64,000 nt of DNA from Klebsormidium nitens. Taxonomy: Eukaryota; Plantae; Klebsormidiophyceae. Of the stretch, positions 52,001 to 64,000 are shown piece by piece; the first letter of the stretch is position 1, and each line of letters opens with the position of its first letter. Under the pieces are notes generated by a model. The model saw nothing but the letters and a program-made list of their open reading frames with translations, ran no database searches and was not told the origin of the DNA. The stretch is from contig DF236960.1 of NCBI GenBank assembly GCA_000708835.1, positions 3,235 through 67,234 of the forward strand, given 5' to 3'. The position numbers and the translations under genes are program-made.

Positions 52001-55000
52001 CGAGGTCGCGCTGGATGACGTCAGCGAGGTGGGGTGCGACGTCATCGACGATCTGGACTCATACGGGGCGTTCTGCACAGCAGGGGGTGCTTTGACGGGG
52101 CCAGACGGCCCCCCCACGGAGACGAATTTGGAATCAGGGGGCCGTTCGAGCGCCCAAACGGACCCCCCCCAGGACTGCTCGATTTGCTACCGGCCGCTGG
52201 AGGCGGAGCCCGTGCTGGCGCTGAAGTGCGGACACGAGTATCACGGGACGTGCGTCAAGAAGTGGCTGAAGTCCGGGGCGCCGAACGCGCTATCGTGCCC
52301 GTTCTGTCGGGGCAAAATCCGACGGACGCCAGGTGAGTGCCCGGGCTTCTTTGACTTGTGTGACAAATAGAACAAACAGCTTCAAAGATGTGGAAACTGA
52401 AGAATGCAAAAAGATGCAGAGATCTTCTCGGCGGAGGGATTAGCACACGGTGGGTGAACGCCTATGTTGGGCTCATTGAGGAATTCATTCTCATACCAAG
52501 CGGACTTTGCAGATTGTCATTGCGTAAATTTGGACGACAGGGTATTTGCTCCGCTGCTTCGACACCGGTTTTACAGTATCTCTGTTCATCCTAGATCGGC
52601 TGAGAAGGATACTGTCAACGACAGTAAAATGTTCGTCTTGGTCCTAAAATCAGCATGGGCATGGGCGAAAACGAGAAATCCTCAGATTCCAGACTGCTGC
52701 CCAAAAAGTGGTTCTTAGTTGTCCGAAAATGGCTGAGGTTTTGGATTTCTGATACCGCCGCCTTTGGACTAACATCATTCACTCCCAAAGGCACCGTCTT
52801 TCCTAAGGCCAAGAACCAACTCCTTTCGTCACAGGTCTCCATTCTATCACCTCAACGTGCATTGAATATGTGTACCGAATCCAAATTCCCTTCATCTTCT
52901 TCTACAGCTCTGGAGGAGCTTCTTCCAGCCAACGGCGCTGCCGCCCGTCTTCCCCGCAGCCCCAGCGAGGCGACCATTGACCTGCACGACGACCGGAATC
53001 TGGACGCCGACGAATTGCTGCACGAAGTGCGCCAGTGGCCGGATGCGGAGCGGCTGATTGTCAGCGGAATCGGCGTCGAAACGGTTTTGCAGGTAGGAAA
53101 ATATTTGTTAACTTTTCGCTTTTCCTGGAGATTGATATAGTCATTTTTCTGATGGAAGGCGACGAGGTTACTGCACGAGATACGCCAGTGGCCGGATGCG
53201 GAGCGGCTGATTGTCAGCGGGATTGGTGTCGAGACCGTTTTGCAGGTGGGACATTCTGTCGATACACAGAATCCGTTTGGAAAAGTTCTTTCTCTGCACT
53301 GAATCGAATCTTTAATTTTGATAGTTCCGGAAACTCGGTTCGTCTAAGCTCAGTCCGCTGCCGGGTTGCATTGTGCCCCGGATGCGGAGCGGCCAATTTT
53401 CAGCAAGATGAGTTTTGAGACCGTTCTCCGGGCAAGAGTCCCCCTCTCTTCAGAGCTGGTTAATCTTTGGGATCCTCGACTGAGATGCGGGCAAAGCGAA
53501 ACCTGAGATGTGTGAGCAGAGGAGCTTTTGCCTGGAATGCATCACTGATTACATGGAAGAGATGCTGATTGTCAGCCATGTCCCAACCCTTTTCTTGCAA
53601 GGTACGTGTAGGTCTCCGCATCAATGTGGCTTGAAGGCCGCTTTGGAAAAAGTCTGGCCTAGAAGCATGGTTGATCTGCCCCAAGACCCGTTGCTTTGGA
53701 GTTCGTTGGTAGTCCGACCGAATTGAGTTATGTATGCGGGATCAGCGTCTAGAAGTTTTTATTCGTGCGATCCTTGCTCTGCTTCCTGGGCCTCTCCATT
53801 TCTTTCTTTCTAAGTCTCACTTTCACTAACGCTTTGTAAGACCATCACTCGAGGCCAGTACCGAAAATTGACCGTTCAGTGTCTCCGGTCGCTGCAAGAT
53901 GTCGAGAAGCGATTGGATGTCTTTGATTTTCAGCTGCTCGCGAATATTCAAGCCGAGGTTCACCTAACCGCGCTGTGTGGCACCGGAAAGAGATTTCGCG
54001 CCTCTCAAAGGTTCTGCCGCAACTTGATTGAACCGTAGTGTTAATGGAGTACCAGCGCTTCGACGGTCTAAGCATCGAAGACAAACTGTTTGAAAAGTCG
54101 TTGCCTTCTCAATTCCGGGAGGAAGCCCAAGCGTATAGCATTGCCTCACCAGAAAGATTGTTCCTGAAACCCGCTACTTCCGGAGGGTCTGCTGAAATCT
54201 TTTCTGGAAGTTGCTGTAAAGTCAATTCTCAGACTGGTTAAAAGGTAACCAACAAACCCGGTCAATTCTTTCCAGGTTCTGGAGGAAGCCCAAGCCGAGA
54301 TCCGCATCATCGAACTTTACGGCACCGGGGAAGACCGCGTGGCTGAGGAGGAGCGCTTTTGGTACCGCATGAGGGGCGACGCGCTGCCGCCCCTGCCCAG
54401 CGACCCCACTCTCAGCACAGCACGGGTGAGCCCGCTCTAGTTGTCTTCTCCTGCTTCTGCCTTGCATCCCGCTCTAGTTGTCTTGCTTCTGCTACGTTTC
54501 CACTTTGGGGCCGCCTTGTGGAGATGCGCTGCCGCCCCTGCCCAGCGGACCCACTCTGAGCACAGCACGGGTGAGTCCGCTCTAGTTGTCTTCTCTGCTT
54601 CGGATTTACAATTCCGTTCCAAGTGTCTTACCCCTGCATAAGTAAGTCAGGCTCTGGTTGTGTTGCCTTTGCTTTCGGATTTACATAACCCCTGCGCTAC
54701 CGCCTCTGCCCAGCGAACCCACTCTGAGCACAGCACGGGTGACATAGCGGATTGGCAGTAAGAGCCGCGCTCTAATTGTGCAGCATGGGATTTGTGCCAA
54801 TCCGGGCGAGCCCTTCTGATACCAACGAGTCTGGGGCGTTCATCTTTCGTACCGTGAAAGCAGACGGTAGGGACCGATAATGTGCTGTTGCTAGGCCGTT
54901 TCGGATCTTCTGTGGTCCGCCTGTTCAAGAACGGATTCACTCCTTGCACCCTAACCCAATTTCGCCTAACCCAAGCCTCCCTCGTTGTGCAGGGCTGTGC

Positions 55001-56023
55001 TGCGGTGCAACGGCTGCTCCTCCACAACGGCGAGATGCGCAGCGGGTCAATGGCCAACCCCCTCGGGTCACCGGTTAACCCGGGCGAGGCAACCTTCACT
55101 GCCTTTGTGCAGCGCGTCTTTGGGCAGCTCCCGAACTTGGTCGACTTTTCCGCCCCCGCATGCGGACCGGATCTGCGCCCCGCAGGCCTGGCGTGGCTCG
55201 TCGAGTGCTGTCCAAAGTGAGTCGGTTCCTCAGGCTTTTAAGTGGGTATTTGTGCTAATGGTGAATAATGTTCATTCTTCGCACGGCGTGTTTTCCTGGA
55301 TGTTTTTGAAATCCAGATTCGCTACTTCATTCTATGTAAGGATTTGTACACTTTGAAACCGGATTCTTGTCCATTGAAACTTCGGTGATTGTATGTTTGA
55401 CTTCCGCTCTTTTGTACCCCGTTGTTGCTTTCACGTCTTGCTCCTCCTGCGCCGTTGCTTTCCAGTGGATACCCGCTGTTCGTTGGGCAGTTTGATTGGG
55501 ACACGTACACGCCAGTGTGCCTCATTGAGGGCCATTGACACGTCACACCTTAGATTGCATCAATATCGCATGTAGCAAATCGTGACAAGGATTGTGAGCT
55601 GGCCGTTGCGTACTGGAAACGTGAAGTTCAACACTCAAACGGACGAGCTAATGTCAAAGCCTTTTTTGGAACAGGTTAAGAATCCTCCGCTTGGGATGGT
55701 GCTCCTTCCCTGACTTGGGCGTTGGCATTGGCCCCGTGGCCGAAGCCCTTGGGCGGCAACTAGAGGAGCTCGAAATCCTAGGCCCCTTCTTAAATCTAGA
55801 CTCCTTGAACGCCCTGGTGCTGCATTGCCGACGGTTGAGGGTCTTGAATATAAGCCGGGGACATCACGGGGGCCGAAATTGGCAACCCGGCATTGACTTG
55901 GGGGAGACGGTGGATGCGGAGCATACCGAGGAGTACGACGAGGCGTTCGGTAGACTCGCCCAGCTGAATCCCCTCTTACGAATTGAGGTGGCGCAAGGTA
56001 GTCAAGAGTATCTGTCGTTTTGA
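49008..56023 (+). CDS. RING-H2 finger plus leucine-rich-repeat protein, putative E3 ubiquitin ligase, about 1203 aa, 6 exons
   Basis: join(49008-50753,51375-52332,52908-53092,54276-54425,54993-55216,55675-56023); phases 0,1,0,0,2 consistent. RING-H2 CSIC...CGHEYHGTC...CPFC; FBXL/AMN1-like LRR segments LPNLVDF, CPKLRILRL, LEELEI, CRRLRVLNIS; long acidic G/L/E-rich N-terminus. Confidence 0.82.
53171..54745 (+). repeat. Degenerate copies of exon ends in RING-LRR introns 3 and 4
   Basis: Exon-3 donor copies at 53171-53245, ~53378 and ~53560; exon-4 acceptor copies at ~53929 and ~54114; exon-4 donor copies at ~54522 and ~54703. Confidence 0.88.
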
Positions 56024-58479
56024 GGAGGGGTTGTTGCTGGGGGTCTGAGCGAGTAGGGTGTTGCAAGTAGTAGTCCATCTGTGAATCTTGACAAATGCAC
56101 CCTTTTAGAAAGAGCTAAAGCGCGCTGCCTGAATAGTCAATGCCAGGTCACATAGGTACAAGCCTCGGACAAATACTTTGGAGACGTCTATATTCGCGAT
56201 ATTGCACTTAGTCTTCTATATACTTTACGTTGGAAAGTTTCAAAGTAGGTATGCCAAGTCTATACCGCACAATCTGCACTATGGAAGAACTATATAATGG
56301 GGCCGGGCGCAGATGGTCCTATACGGCGGCCGAAAAGCCGACGGATCCGAGGTAATATGAGGCACGTTTGGGCATGGCAACGCAAACAAGTCCAACCATG
56401 CATGGTTCAACTTGAAAAGCCCAGCCGACTGACTCTCTGGAGAATGCAATTGGATCCCCCGGACCTCGAATGCAGCGGCCAGCTAGTGGCATGTGCATGA
56501 GGCCCCCCGAAACTTCTATGATGGAACATATGATTCCTCCGAAGAGTCGAGTTCATAAATATTTGATTCTGCACTGCCCTCTATATTGCAAAAGATTCCG
56601 GGGGCCTTAAGATCGGACTTGTATGTTGTAACGTAATATCATGGCAATAATCCCAATCATGCGGACACCAAGGACTCGATATGTACTTACGAGGCCCTAA
56701 AAATCTACACATTACAGGGCCCCCAGGGCCTGCATACTGTATACCGGTATGGTGAATTGCAATCATATATGATACAAGTAACAACACTGACTCATGTTGA
56801 ACACTGAAAACTGCATGCCTAGCCGCTGAGCTGCCACATCACTTGGATCGTTCGAGAGCATGTGAGTGCTTCGCCGCCCCGTCAGAGGCTTAGTATGGAC
56901 TCGGGAGTCTGGAGGCTAGCTAGACTCACCTTTTTGGCATGCCATTTTCTTGGCGTCCTTTGCGCTCCCTGTGTGTGCGCGAGCGGTCGCGTGTTATTGA
57001 AAATGGCGACAGCCGTAGAGTTGATCACAAAATAGGCGCTGTACGACGCCGCGATCGAGGGGGCGACCACAGGCCGAACTTCAGGGTACATACGTCGCTA
57101 TTTTCCCTCTTAAGATCCTCGGTTTCTACCCCGCCCAAACCTTTCGCGTATCCGGATTTACTGGCCGTGGCTGTGAATGTGCTGTACGCTGTACGAATCG
57201 GTGTCCGTCAGATGGTCCTCGGTAATGCTCCCTGATATTTAGCACAGGGCCACTTACACAGATTTCCGTACAGCAAAATCTCAGATTTTGTCGTCTATCG
57301 TCCAACGGTACCCAGTCGGACCTCGTGTCGCAGGCCGTTCGATGGGTGTTTACGCGTTTGGTAAAATCTATATGACCGTCAGATGACATGCCGACCTGGT
57401 ACTGGGCGTACGCTCGCTGTCGGAGTGTACGCGGTTGGAACTGGTGTCAACACTTTGTGAAATTTGGAGCTCAAGCCCTGGCCGTCGCACAGCATAATGC
57501 CTTCATCAACGGCTCGCATTCGGTCGTTTTAAATCAATCAAATGGCATGCCGAGTGCAGCGCAAAGTGCTGCCTTTCTAGTTCTCGATTCTCTCAGTCTG
57601 CCAGTGGCTCACGGGCGGCATTGGCCGCGGACTCCAGGTCAGAACTTGCGGATCACAATGCCCACAAAAAGCTCCTGCAAGATTTTCTTCGTGTTCCGAA
57701 TTGCATGCAGAGCGCCACCTGGCAGCCACACATTGAGACACTGACCACATGGTTTTTTCGAGCATACGTCACGATTTGCGGGATTTGCTCGAATCCGGCT
57801 GATGTAAATTTCGAGCAGTGGATGTAGCCGGGGACAAGCCCGGTAGTTCACATCAGTCCATGTATCTTGTACCGGGTTCGAATCCTCAGAGAAAAAAAGC
57901 CCGGGGACTGTGACTGCTTAGCGAATTGCAGTCGGTGCTATTGGACCGGTTCTGACCTTTCAAGTTGGTCAATTTAGTACGTCACTCTACGGTACTCAAC
58001 AGGGCGCGGCGCAATGCGCGCTACTCAGACTCAGAGTCTGCTCGAAGCACGAGCGTGAGTCTTCTTCGACGACGGAAGGGAAGGGCCCTGGCCCTGGGGA
58101 GCCTGTGCACACTGACAGGGTCTGAAGCAGTGAAGGGTCGCCAGCTCGTCGCATTGGTGTTGGCGTTTGCGTTGGCAGCATTGAAAGCCTGCAGCAGCAG
58201 GGCCGGGAGAAGCAAATGTTTGCTGTCTAAACTTCTGAAGAAGTTTTGCCTAAGTTCTCCCCGTTGGAAGCCTGCGGTGGTTGTTATATTACGGTGGCTA
58301 AGTTTTGCGGTTCGTGGGGTTCCAACGTGGAAGCCTTCGAGCGAGCCTCGTGCAAATCTAAGGGATGACAATGGTAGAGGGTGGCTTTCCAGATGGAAAG
58401 CAGCACATGTTTAGGTTATAGTTACCCTTGGAAAGTAGACCTCAAACATTTGTCACAGGCAGGAAGGTCGTGTTTGAGG

Positions 58480-61400
58480 ATGGAGCTTCTTTTTGCCACC
58501 ATTTGCCTCGTCATTGGCTTTGTTGTCGGCAGGATCTGGGAGAAAACAAGGAGGGCACCCAAGCTAAAGGGAGAAGCGGGCTCAGATTCTTCTAGGGCAA
58601 CAGCTTTCGAGACCGAGTGTGACGTTACAGATTTGCAGAAGCTAAACGCAAAGCCCAACCAGAAAAGCTCTGACGTTGAGAAGCTGAAAGATGGTTGTGT
58701 GGAGAACAAGGACTTGCCAACAGAACTAGATGAGGGGGAGCATTTCCGGGTGGTCGGGAAGGATGAAGCTTCAGCATTGCTAGAAAGTCATCCAGATAGT
58801 TCAGCAGACTCAGCAGCACAAGCGCTTGAGGTTGAAGGGTCCGCTGTTGAGAACGTGAGAGAAGCGGCCCTTCTCACGTCATCGCTGACGTCAGCGTGCT
58901 CTAAGGATGGCAGCTCGGCATTGCTCCGAGCCTTAGAGAGCCTGTTGGAACGGGTTAAGCAGCCTGGTCTGTTTTGGGTCAGCGAAACCGGGGACGCACT
59001 GACCCGGCAGTACTCAAGTCCTGGCTGGAGGAAGCTGATGGGTTGCGATGGGGATGAGCACAGGCGGTGGCTGACAGAGGTACATGGCAATGATGTGGAG
59101 GAGTGCAAAAAGGTTAGTTAGCCCATCCTGAGGCCGTCAATCTTTTGTGCAGGTTTTAATATGAGTAACTCATTTGTGTCAGACGACTGGAGAAAAGTAG
59201 TTTGCTGTGTGAGGGGTAGGAATGTTTTTGAAGCAGACGTGTTTGTACTTCATCTCCGTATGAAGCTACATTCCCGCCATCAAAATGATATACGAGTGGG
59301 AAAAGGCAGCTTCAGTTGCAATAGTATCCAACGTTTGGCCCTGTCAAGCGAGTCTGCTTGTGGGGTTTGACTGCCACAATTGCAAAGTGCAAGAAAGACT
59401 GGTTCCAAGCTACAGTTCGGGCTACGGTGACTCCCTGAAAACCGGCCGGGCAGTATCATCATACGTGCATTCCACCTGACTGCCTGATCCAGATGTTTTG
59501 ACTGAAACTATGGTCACAGGGTGTCGTTCCCGTTCCTGTCAGCAGGCACTGGCGTTCGCTGGCAGTTTGTGCTGAGCGCCTTTAAGGGGCCCGTTGAAAA
59601 TGCAAGTCGTCCACATCTTTTTGAGTGGAAAGCCGCATTGTCAAGGTTACTGTGCCCAATATGCACCGCTCACCACCCAGTACTTGGTACTCCGCACTAG
59701 TTGGTACGATATCTGAGGGATGGGTGTTCGACTGGTCTATTGTTCCGCACTGTTATGATCAAGTGTTTTCCATTTCTCACTTTTACTCCTTTGTCAGGTG
59801 TTCTCTGGCATTCAGCCTGAACGCATTATTGCATCTGGCCATCAGCCTTGCGGTTTCACATTGCATTTGTCCTGCCACTTTCTTGATGGTTGGATCATGA
59901 TTTTGACGTAGGTACAGGAAGTACTTGGTCCAACATCCTTCCTTATATCCATTTGCTTCTTCCACCTGAGTGACAGAGATCTAAGATTTGAAATGACCCT
60001 TTGCTCCTTGAAGGTCGCATAGTGCGGTTTCGGTCTCCTCACTTTTCAAATCAAGGAGGGATGTCAGACAAGAGGGACGATGAAAGCTTTTCAGAAGTAC
60101 ACAGGAAGTGGCAAAGTGTATGCGATATGACAGTCTTGATCCCCATCTGGCCTTCTTTGTAAGATGTTAGATGAGGTTATCGAAAATTTGAACCTCTGAA
60201 ACACATGACATTCTTGGTTCAGTTGCAGGTTTGAGTTGGAAAACTCTAGGGTTTGGCAAGTTCTTTGTGCCGTCTGGCCCCTAACAACCAGTTATACTCT
60301 GTTCAGAGAGACCCACTGCTTTTCTTCAGGGTTGACTGCACTTCCAAAGCTTATGTAAAGGCGCACCAACAGAGTTTGCCGTGCTCTTCCTTGCCGTTGT
60401 AAGCAGCCTTTCAGAAAGGGTGGCATTGAGTAGGCAGCTTTGCTCATCATGATTGTCGGGGGAATCTTTTCACATTACTCAGGGGCGTACTCCGAAGGCT
60501 CTGCCAAAAGAGGAAGCCTAAGCCCCCTTTCCTGACACCTAAGAACTGCTCATCTGCACTGCAAACAAACAACATGCTTTTGATTTAAGAGCAACTATGA
60601 TTGATAAGAGTAACAATGAGGGGAGAGAGACTCTTCTCTCTTCTTGTCAGGTACAAGAAATGCGTAGATTGACATAATATCAGGACCTTTACTTTTCTAT
60701 GAAAACACCCCAGACTAAGTTCGCCCTCACTGTCTTCGTAGCATTGCAAATGAAGCAATGAAGAGCCGTCCCAAAAGTTCCTTTCCTCAGTTTTTGAGAT
60801 GGAGCGCGTTTGATTGGACGGGGGGCAAGCCTTCACAAACCGCCCGAGGCACTTCACCTTGAGGTGTCACTCTAAGAAGTTTGTTGTCTTTCCAAGAAAC
60901 AAGGTAGTCTCGTCCTCCCTCTTCAGGTATACCAGAAAGCTCACGAGGAAAAAGAGAGCTTTACGCATTACTACCGGTACAAGCTGTCCGGCGCGGATCC
61001 AGACCTGCCGGCTTCTTACCGGTGGTACGTCGAGCAGGGAAGCCCCCTCTTTGGATGCAATGGGGAGTACCTCGGACTGCTGGCCTGGGCGATTGACATC
61101 CATGAAGTCAAATCGATGCAGGTAAGAATGCAAACAGACTTCAAGAATGGTCTGATCAAGTAGACAAGCTGAAACGGTGGAAGGACTTGAGAGCGAAATG
61201 ATGAGAGAGAACGTAAAGTGCGATTGGTACTGATTTGTCGTGCTTAATCAAGTTCTGTAACACAGATAAGACACACTTGCTTGGTTTTGGGGAGGAACAA
61301 GGACAAAAACAAAGCGGGAGAAGGACTTCCGGAGATTGGACCATGATACGAAGTGGACAAGTCGGGTCAACTAGTATCGCTCTTGCCTGAACACTCATCT

Positions 61401-63593
61401 GCACCCGATCAAGGTTGGACCGCATGCTTGGAGACGTTTTCACGCTCAATTTGACAGCTCAAAGAATCATTCAGTTGGTCTTAGAAGCTGAAGCCGGTTT
61501 CTAATGCATCTCTTTTTGCAGGTCGACTTTGAGCGGTTCAACCAGATGCCGGGGGACATGATCGTCAAGATCGACTACGAGGGGCACATCAAGAAGATGA
61601 ACCCCACGATGCGCAAGATCTTTGAGTGAGCCTCCACATTCCTGCTGATTCCATCATCAGAAGCTGACAATCAACGAGTCACCATGTATCGAGATTAGTT
61701 GGGCACGGTGCTTGGGTCCGGTGCTTGGGTCCGACTACTAATACTGTCTCAAATCGACATATGGCTCATCTTTAAGGTAACAATGTGACCCCCTTGTTCA
61801 AAGGGGGCCTAAAAAGGGATTGTCACTGGGCGGTCGACAATGTCAGCATTGGTCATTGAGCAGCATTGGATGCTCGATGTCGGGAAACCGGACACATGTC
61901 CGCGACTTTAAAAGCACGATTCACACTGTGCAGTTGCTTTGCGGTGTCATGCTCGTGTACGCCCTTTGTAGACTAGATGACTCTGACTGCTTGAACGGGG
62001 CTTCTCATTGGGTCTCAGTACTTGCAAATAATGCACTGGGCATGCCAGAAAGTATGAATATCGTAACGAGGTTTCAGCACATTACTTTGGATAATCACTG
62101 AGGGGACTTCACCAGGACATTTCGGAACTTCTCCTGCGGAAAGTCACTAAGGGAACCATCAACACCTTGCCCTTGAACAAGATAGAGGTCATTGCGTCGG
62201 CATTCAGCTCATGTAACAATGCGCCTGGCCTGGCCTGCAGAATGACGGAAGAGGAGATGAGTTCGAGGGAGTTCTTCACGTTCCTACACCCGGTATGCTT
62301 TTCGATTCTCTTTCCACATTGCAACCACCGTGTGAACATTTTCCGCTCCAATGGTTGTAAGCCGTCAGGTTCCTGTAAGGAACCCGCTTGACCAGCTTTC
62401 CTGTGGTTCTTGACAAACCCTCCAACGAGCGCTCTTCCGTCCCTCCGCAAAATCAACTTCAAAGGCCTAACTGCTTGAAGTAGAAAGCTTGTTCCGAAGG
62501 TAGTCTGTTCTTGATTGGTGAACGTTCGACTTGAAATGCATGCGGCCTTCAGAGAGGGTGGCAAAGAGATGTCAGCTCTAAACCAGGAATCTTCCGATTC
62601 TGTTTCTCAACATCAGTCAAAGGCTGGGCAAGTGCGCTTCTAGCAGTTCCTTCCTGGCAGCTGCTTGTAAGGTCAAATAAGAAAGCTCCGTAACTTTACT
62701 CGTGCAAGTTCTGCGTGAGAGCCAAATCTTTGTCGTTCTCAGCGTTTGAATTGCTGCTTCAGACAAGGTCGGACCCTTCTCTGTTTTGCTGATCCACTTC
62801 CCAAGTTTCCCCCCCCCCCTTAATCATCCCTTCAAGAAATGCTCGTCGGTAGACGCTTCCCATATGTACCAGTCTGATGTGCACCGTAAGTGAACCCTCA
62901 CCGTTTTCAGCTGATGTCACATCTTGACTTCAGTCTGTCACATCTTGACTTCATTCCCTTTCCTGTACTGCAGGACGATGTGGAGCGCACCCAGGTGTTC
63001 TGGCAAATGCTGCTCGACAATCTTCCTATTGACAACTGTGAGAACAGGTGAGTGGGACCCTTTGTTGATCTTGATTTTGGTATTTGCTACGAGTGCTGCA
63101 TCTGTAAGATGATCACTGAAGATGACCCAGGAAACAAGTCGCTGACACTTCTACAAGAATGCGGTTGTCAACAAATCAGCAGTATGGCGCGAAGGCCTTT
63201 CATATTCAGATTGCTATGAGGGAGTCGTTTTCGCTTCTGCAGTCCGTCGCGTTTAAGGCACAGGTCGAGCAAGGATAGAAGCATGCACGTTGTAGATTCC
63301 GGCATATTATTCTGTTTGTTGTTCCTTGTCTGTTGCCTGTTGCACAGCCTTGTATTTTGCAGTTTGGAAGTCCAATTTGCCTGTCGGAACAGTAACGGTC
63401 CCGACGTTATGTACTCACCTTAGCCCGATGCTTCGATATGGGCCTTTCATGACGTAGATCATGTCCGTAAATCGATCGCCCCGCGTCGTCTTCTGTCTTG
63501 GCAGGTACCGAAAAGGGGACGGCTCCTACTTCTGGGTTGGCTGGACGGCAATCCCGTTGCCGCAGGACAAGACTGTGTACGCAATCGGCAGAG
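58480..63593 (+). CDS. Membrane-anchored tandem PAS-PAC sensor protein, 3' end beyond the window (possibly a histidine kinase or other sensor-output protein)
   Basis: join(58480-59112,60927-61121,61522-61625,62241-62292,62974-63047,63505-63593,...); an alternative in-frame ATG lies at 58393. N-terminal TM MELLFATICLVIGFVVGRIW; PAS1 YSSPGWRKLMG...WLTEVHGND...YRWYVEQGSPLFGCNGEYLGLLAWAIDIHEVK; PAS2 MNPTMRKIF...FLHPDD...RYRKGDGSYFWVGW...YAIGR. Confidence 0.85.
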
Positions 63594-64000
63594 GTGAGCC
63601 GCGCAGCGCCTGGAGCGTCTGAAAAGTGTAACCCTTTCCATGCTGACAGGATTGTGTCCGCAAGTGTCGTTAGGACACCAAATTCCCAGGGCCTTTTGGG
63701 CACGACCTGTGTCTGCAGCGGTTAAAAATCCTGGAAGGGACAGATCAGGCAAACGACTGAGCGGGACGTTCCATTGAATCCCCCATTGAATCCCATTCTG
63801 CAGCCTCCAGACACAGTCTCCAATTTTCAAGATCCTGTTTTCCCCAAGATTCTGAAGCGGTCCCATGGCGCAAGGCTTTTCTTCCGCTGACGGCAGACAC
63901 CAGGAACCATCTCGTCCTTCAATGCTTTTGAGTTTGCTTTCAAGGACGCACCGAGGGTGTTTTGCTCCTCTTGCTCAGGATCTGAAACGCAGCATCACCT

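Noticed and set aside
57874-57890. GGTTCGAATCC T-loop-like motif
   Set aside because: No acceptor, D or anticodon stems around it.
56100-57900. Featureless intergenic stretch with short ORFs
   Set aside because: No TIRs, LTRs, RT or transposase motifs, or exon chain could be supported.

Overview
Eukaryotic, intron-rich nuclear DNA: GT-AG introns of about 0.3-1.8 kb and GC3-rich exons. It is probably from a streptophyte green alga such as Klebsormidium (inferred from gene style, not proven). Eight protein-coding genes were rebuilt by hand from splice sites and frame continuity: (1) HOTHEAD/mandelonitrile-lyase-like GMC oxidoreductase (+); (2) type II membrane protein with a His-rich CFD...FxC C-terminal module (-); (3) secreted acidic protein with RRxL motifs (+); (4) GDSL-family protein whose catalytic Ser is replaced by Gly (+); (5) ACT-like/STY-type Raf-like kinase (+); (6) two-TM protein carrying DEG/ENaC/ASIC (or PAC/TMEM206) fold signatures (-); (7) RING-H2 plus LRR protein (+); (8) membrane-anchored tandem PAS-PAC protein that runs off the window end (+). 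There are also MITE-like elements, a (CTA)12 microsatellite and a 297-N assembly gap. The strongest unexplained signal is a set of about 35 'exon-edge echoes' in six genes. These are tandem partial copies of exon ends, stacked in the neighbouring intron or flank. They decay roughly with distance, yet differ from the live exon mostly at third codon positions, as if each copy came from a functional coding allele.
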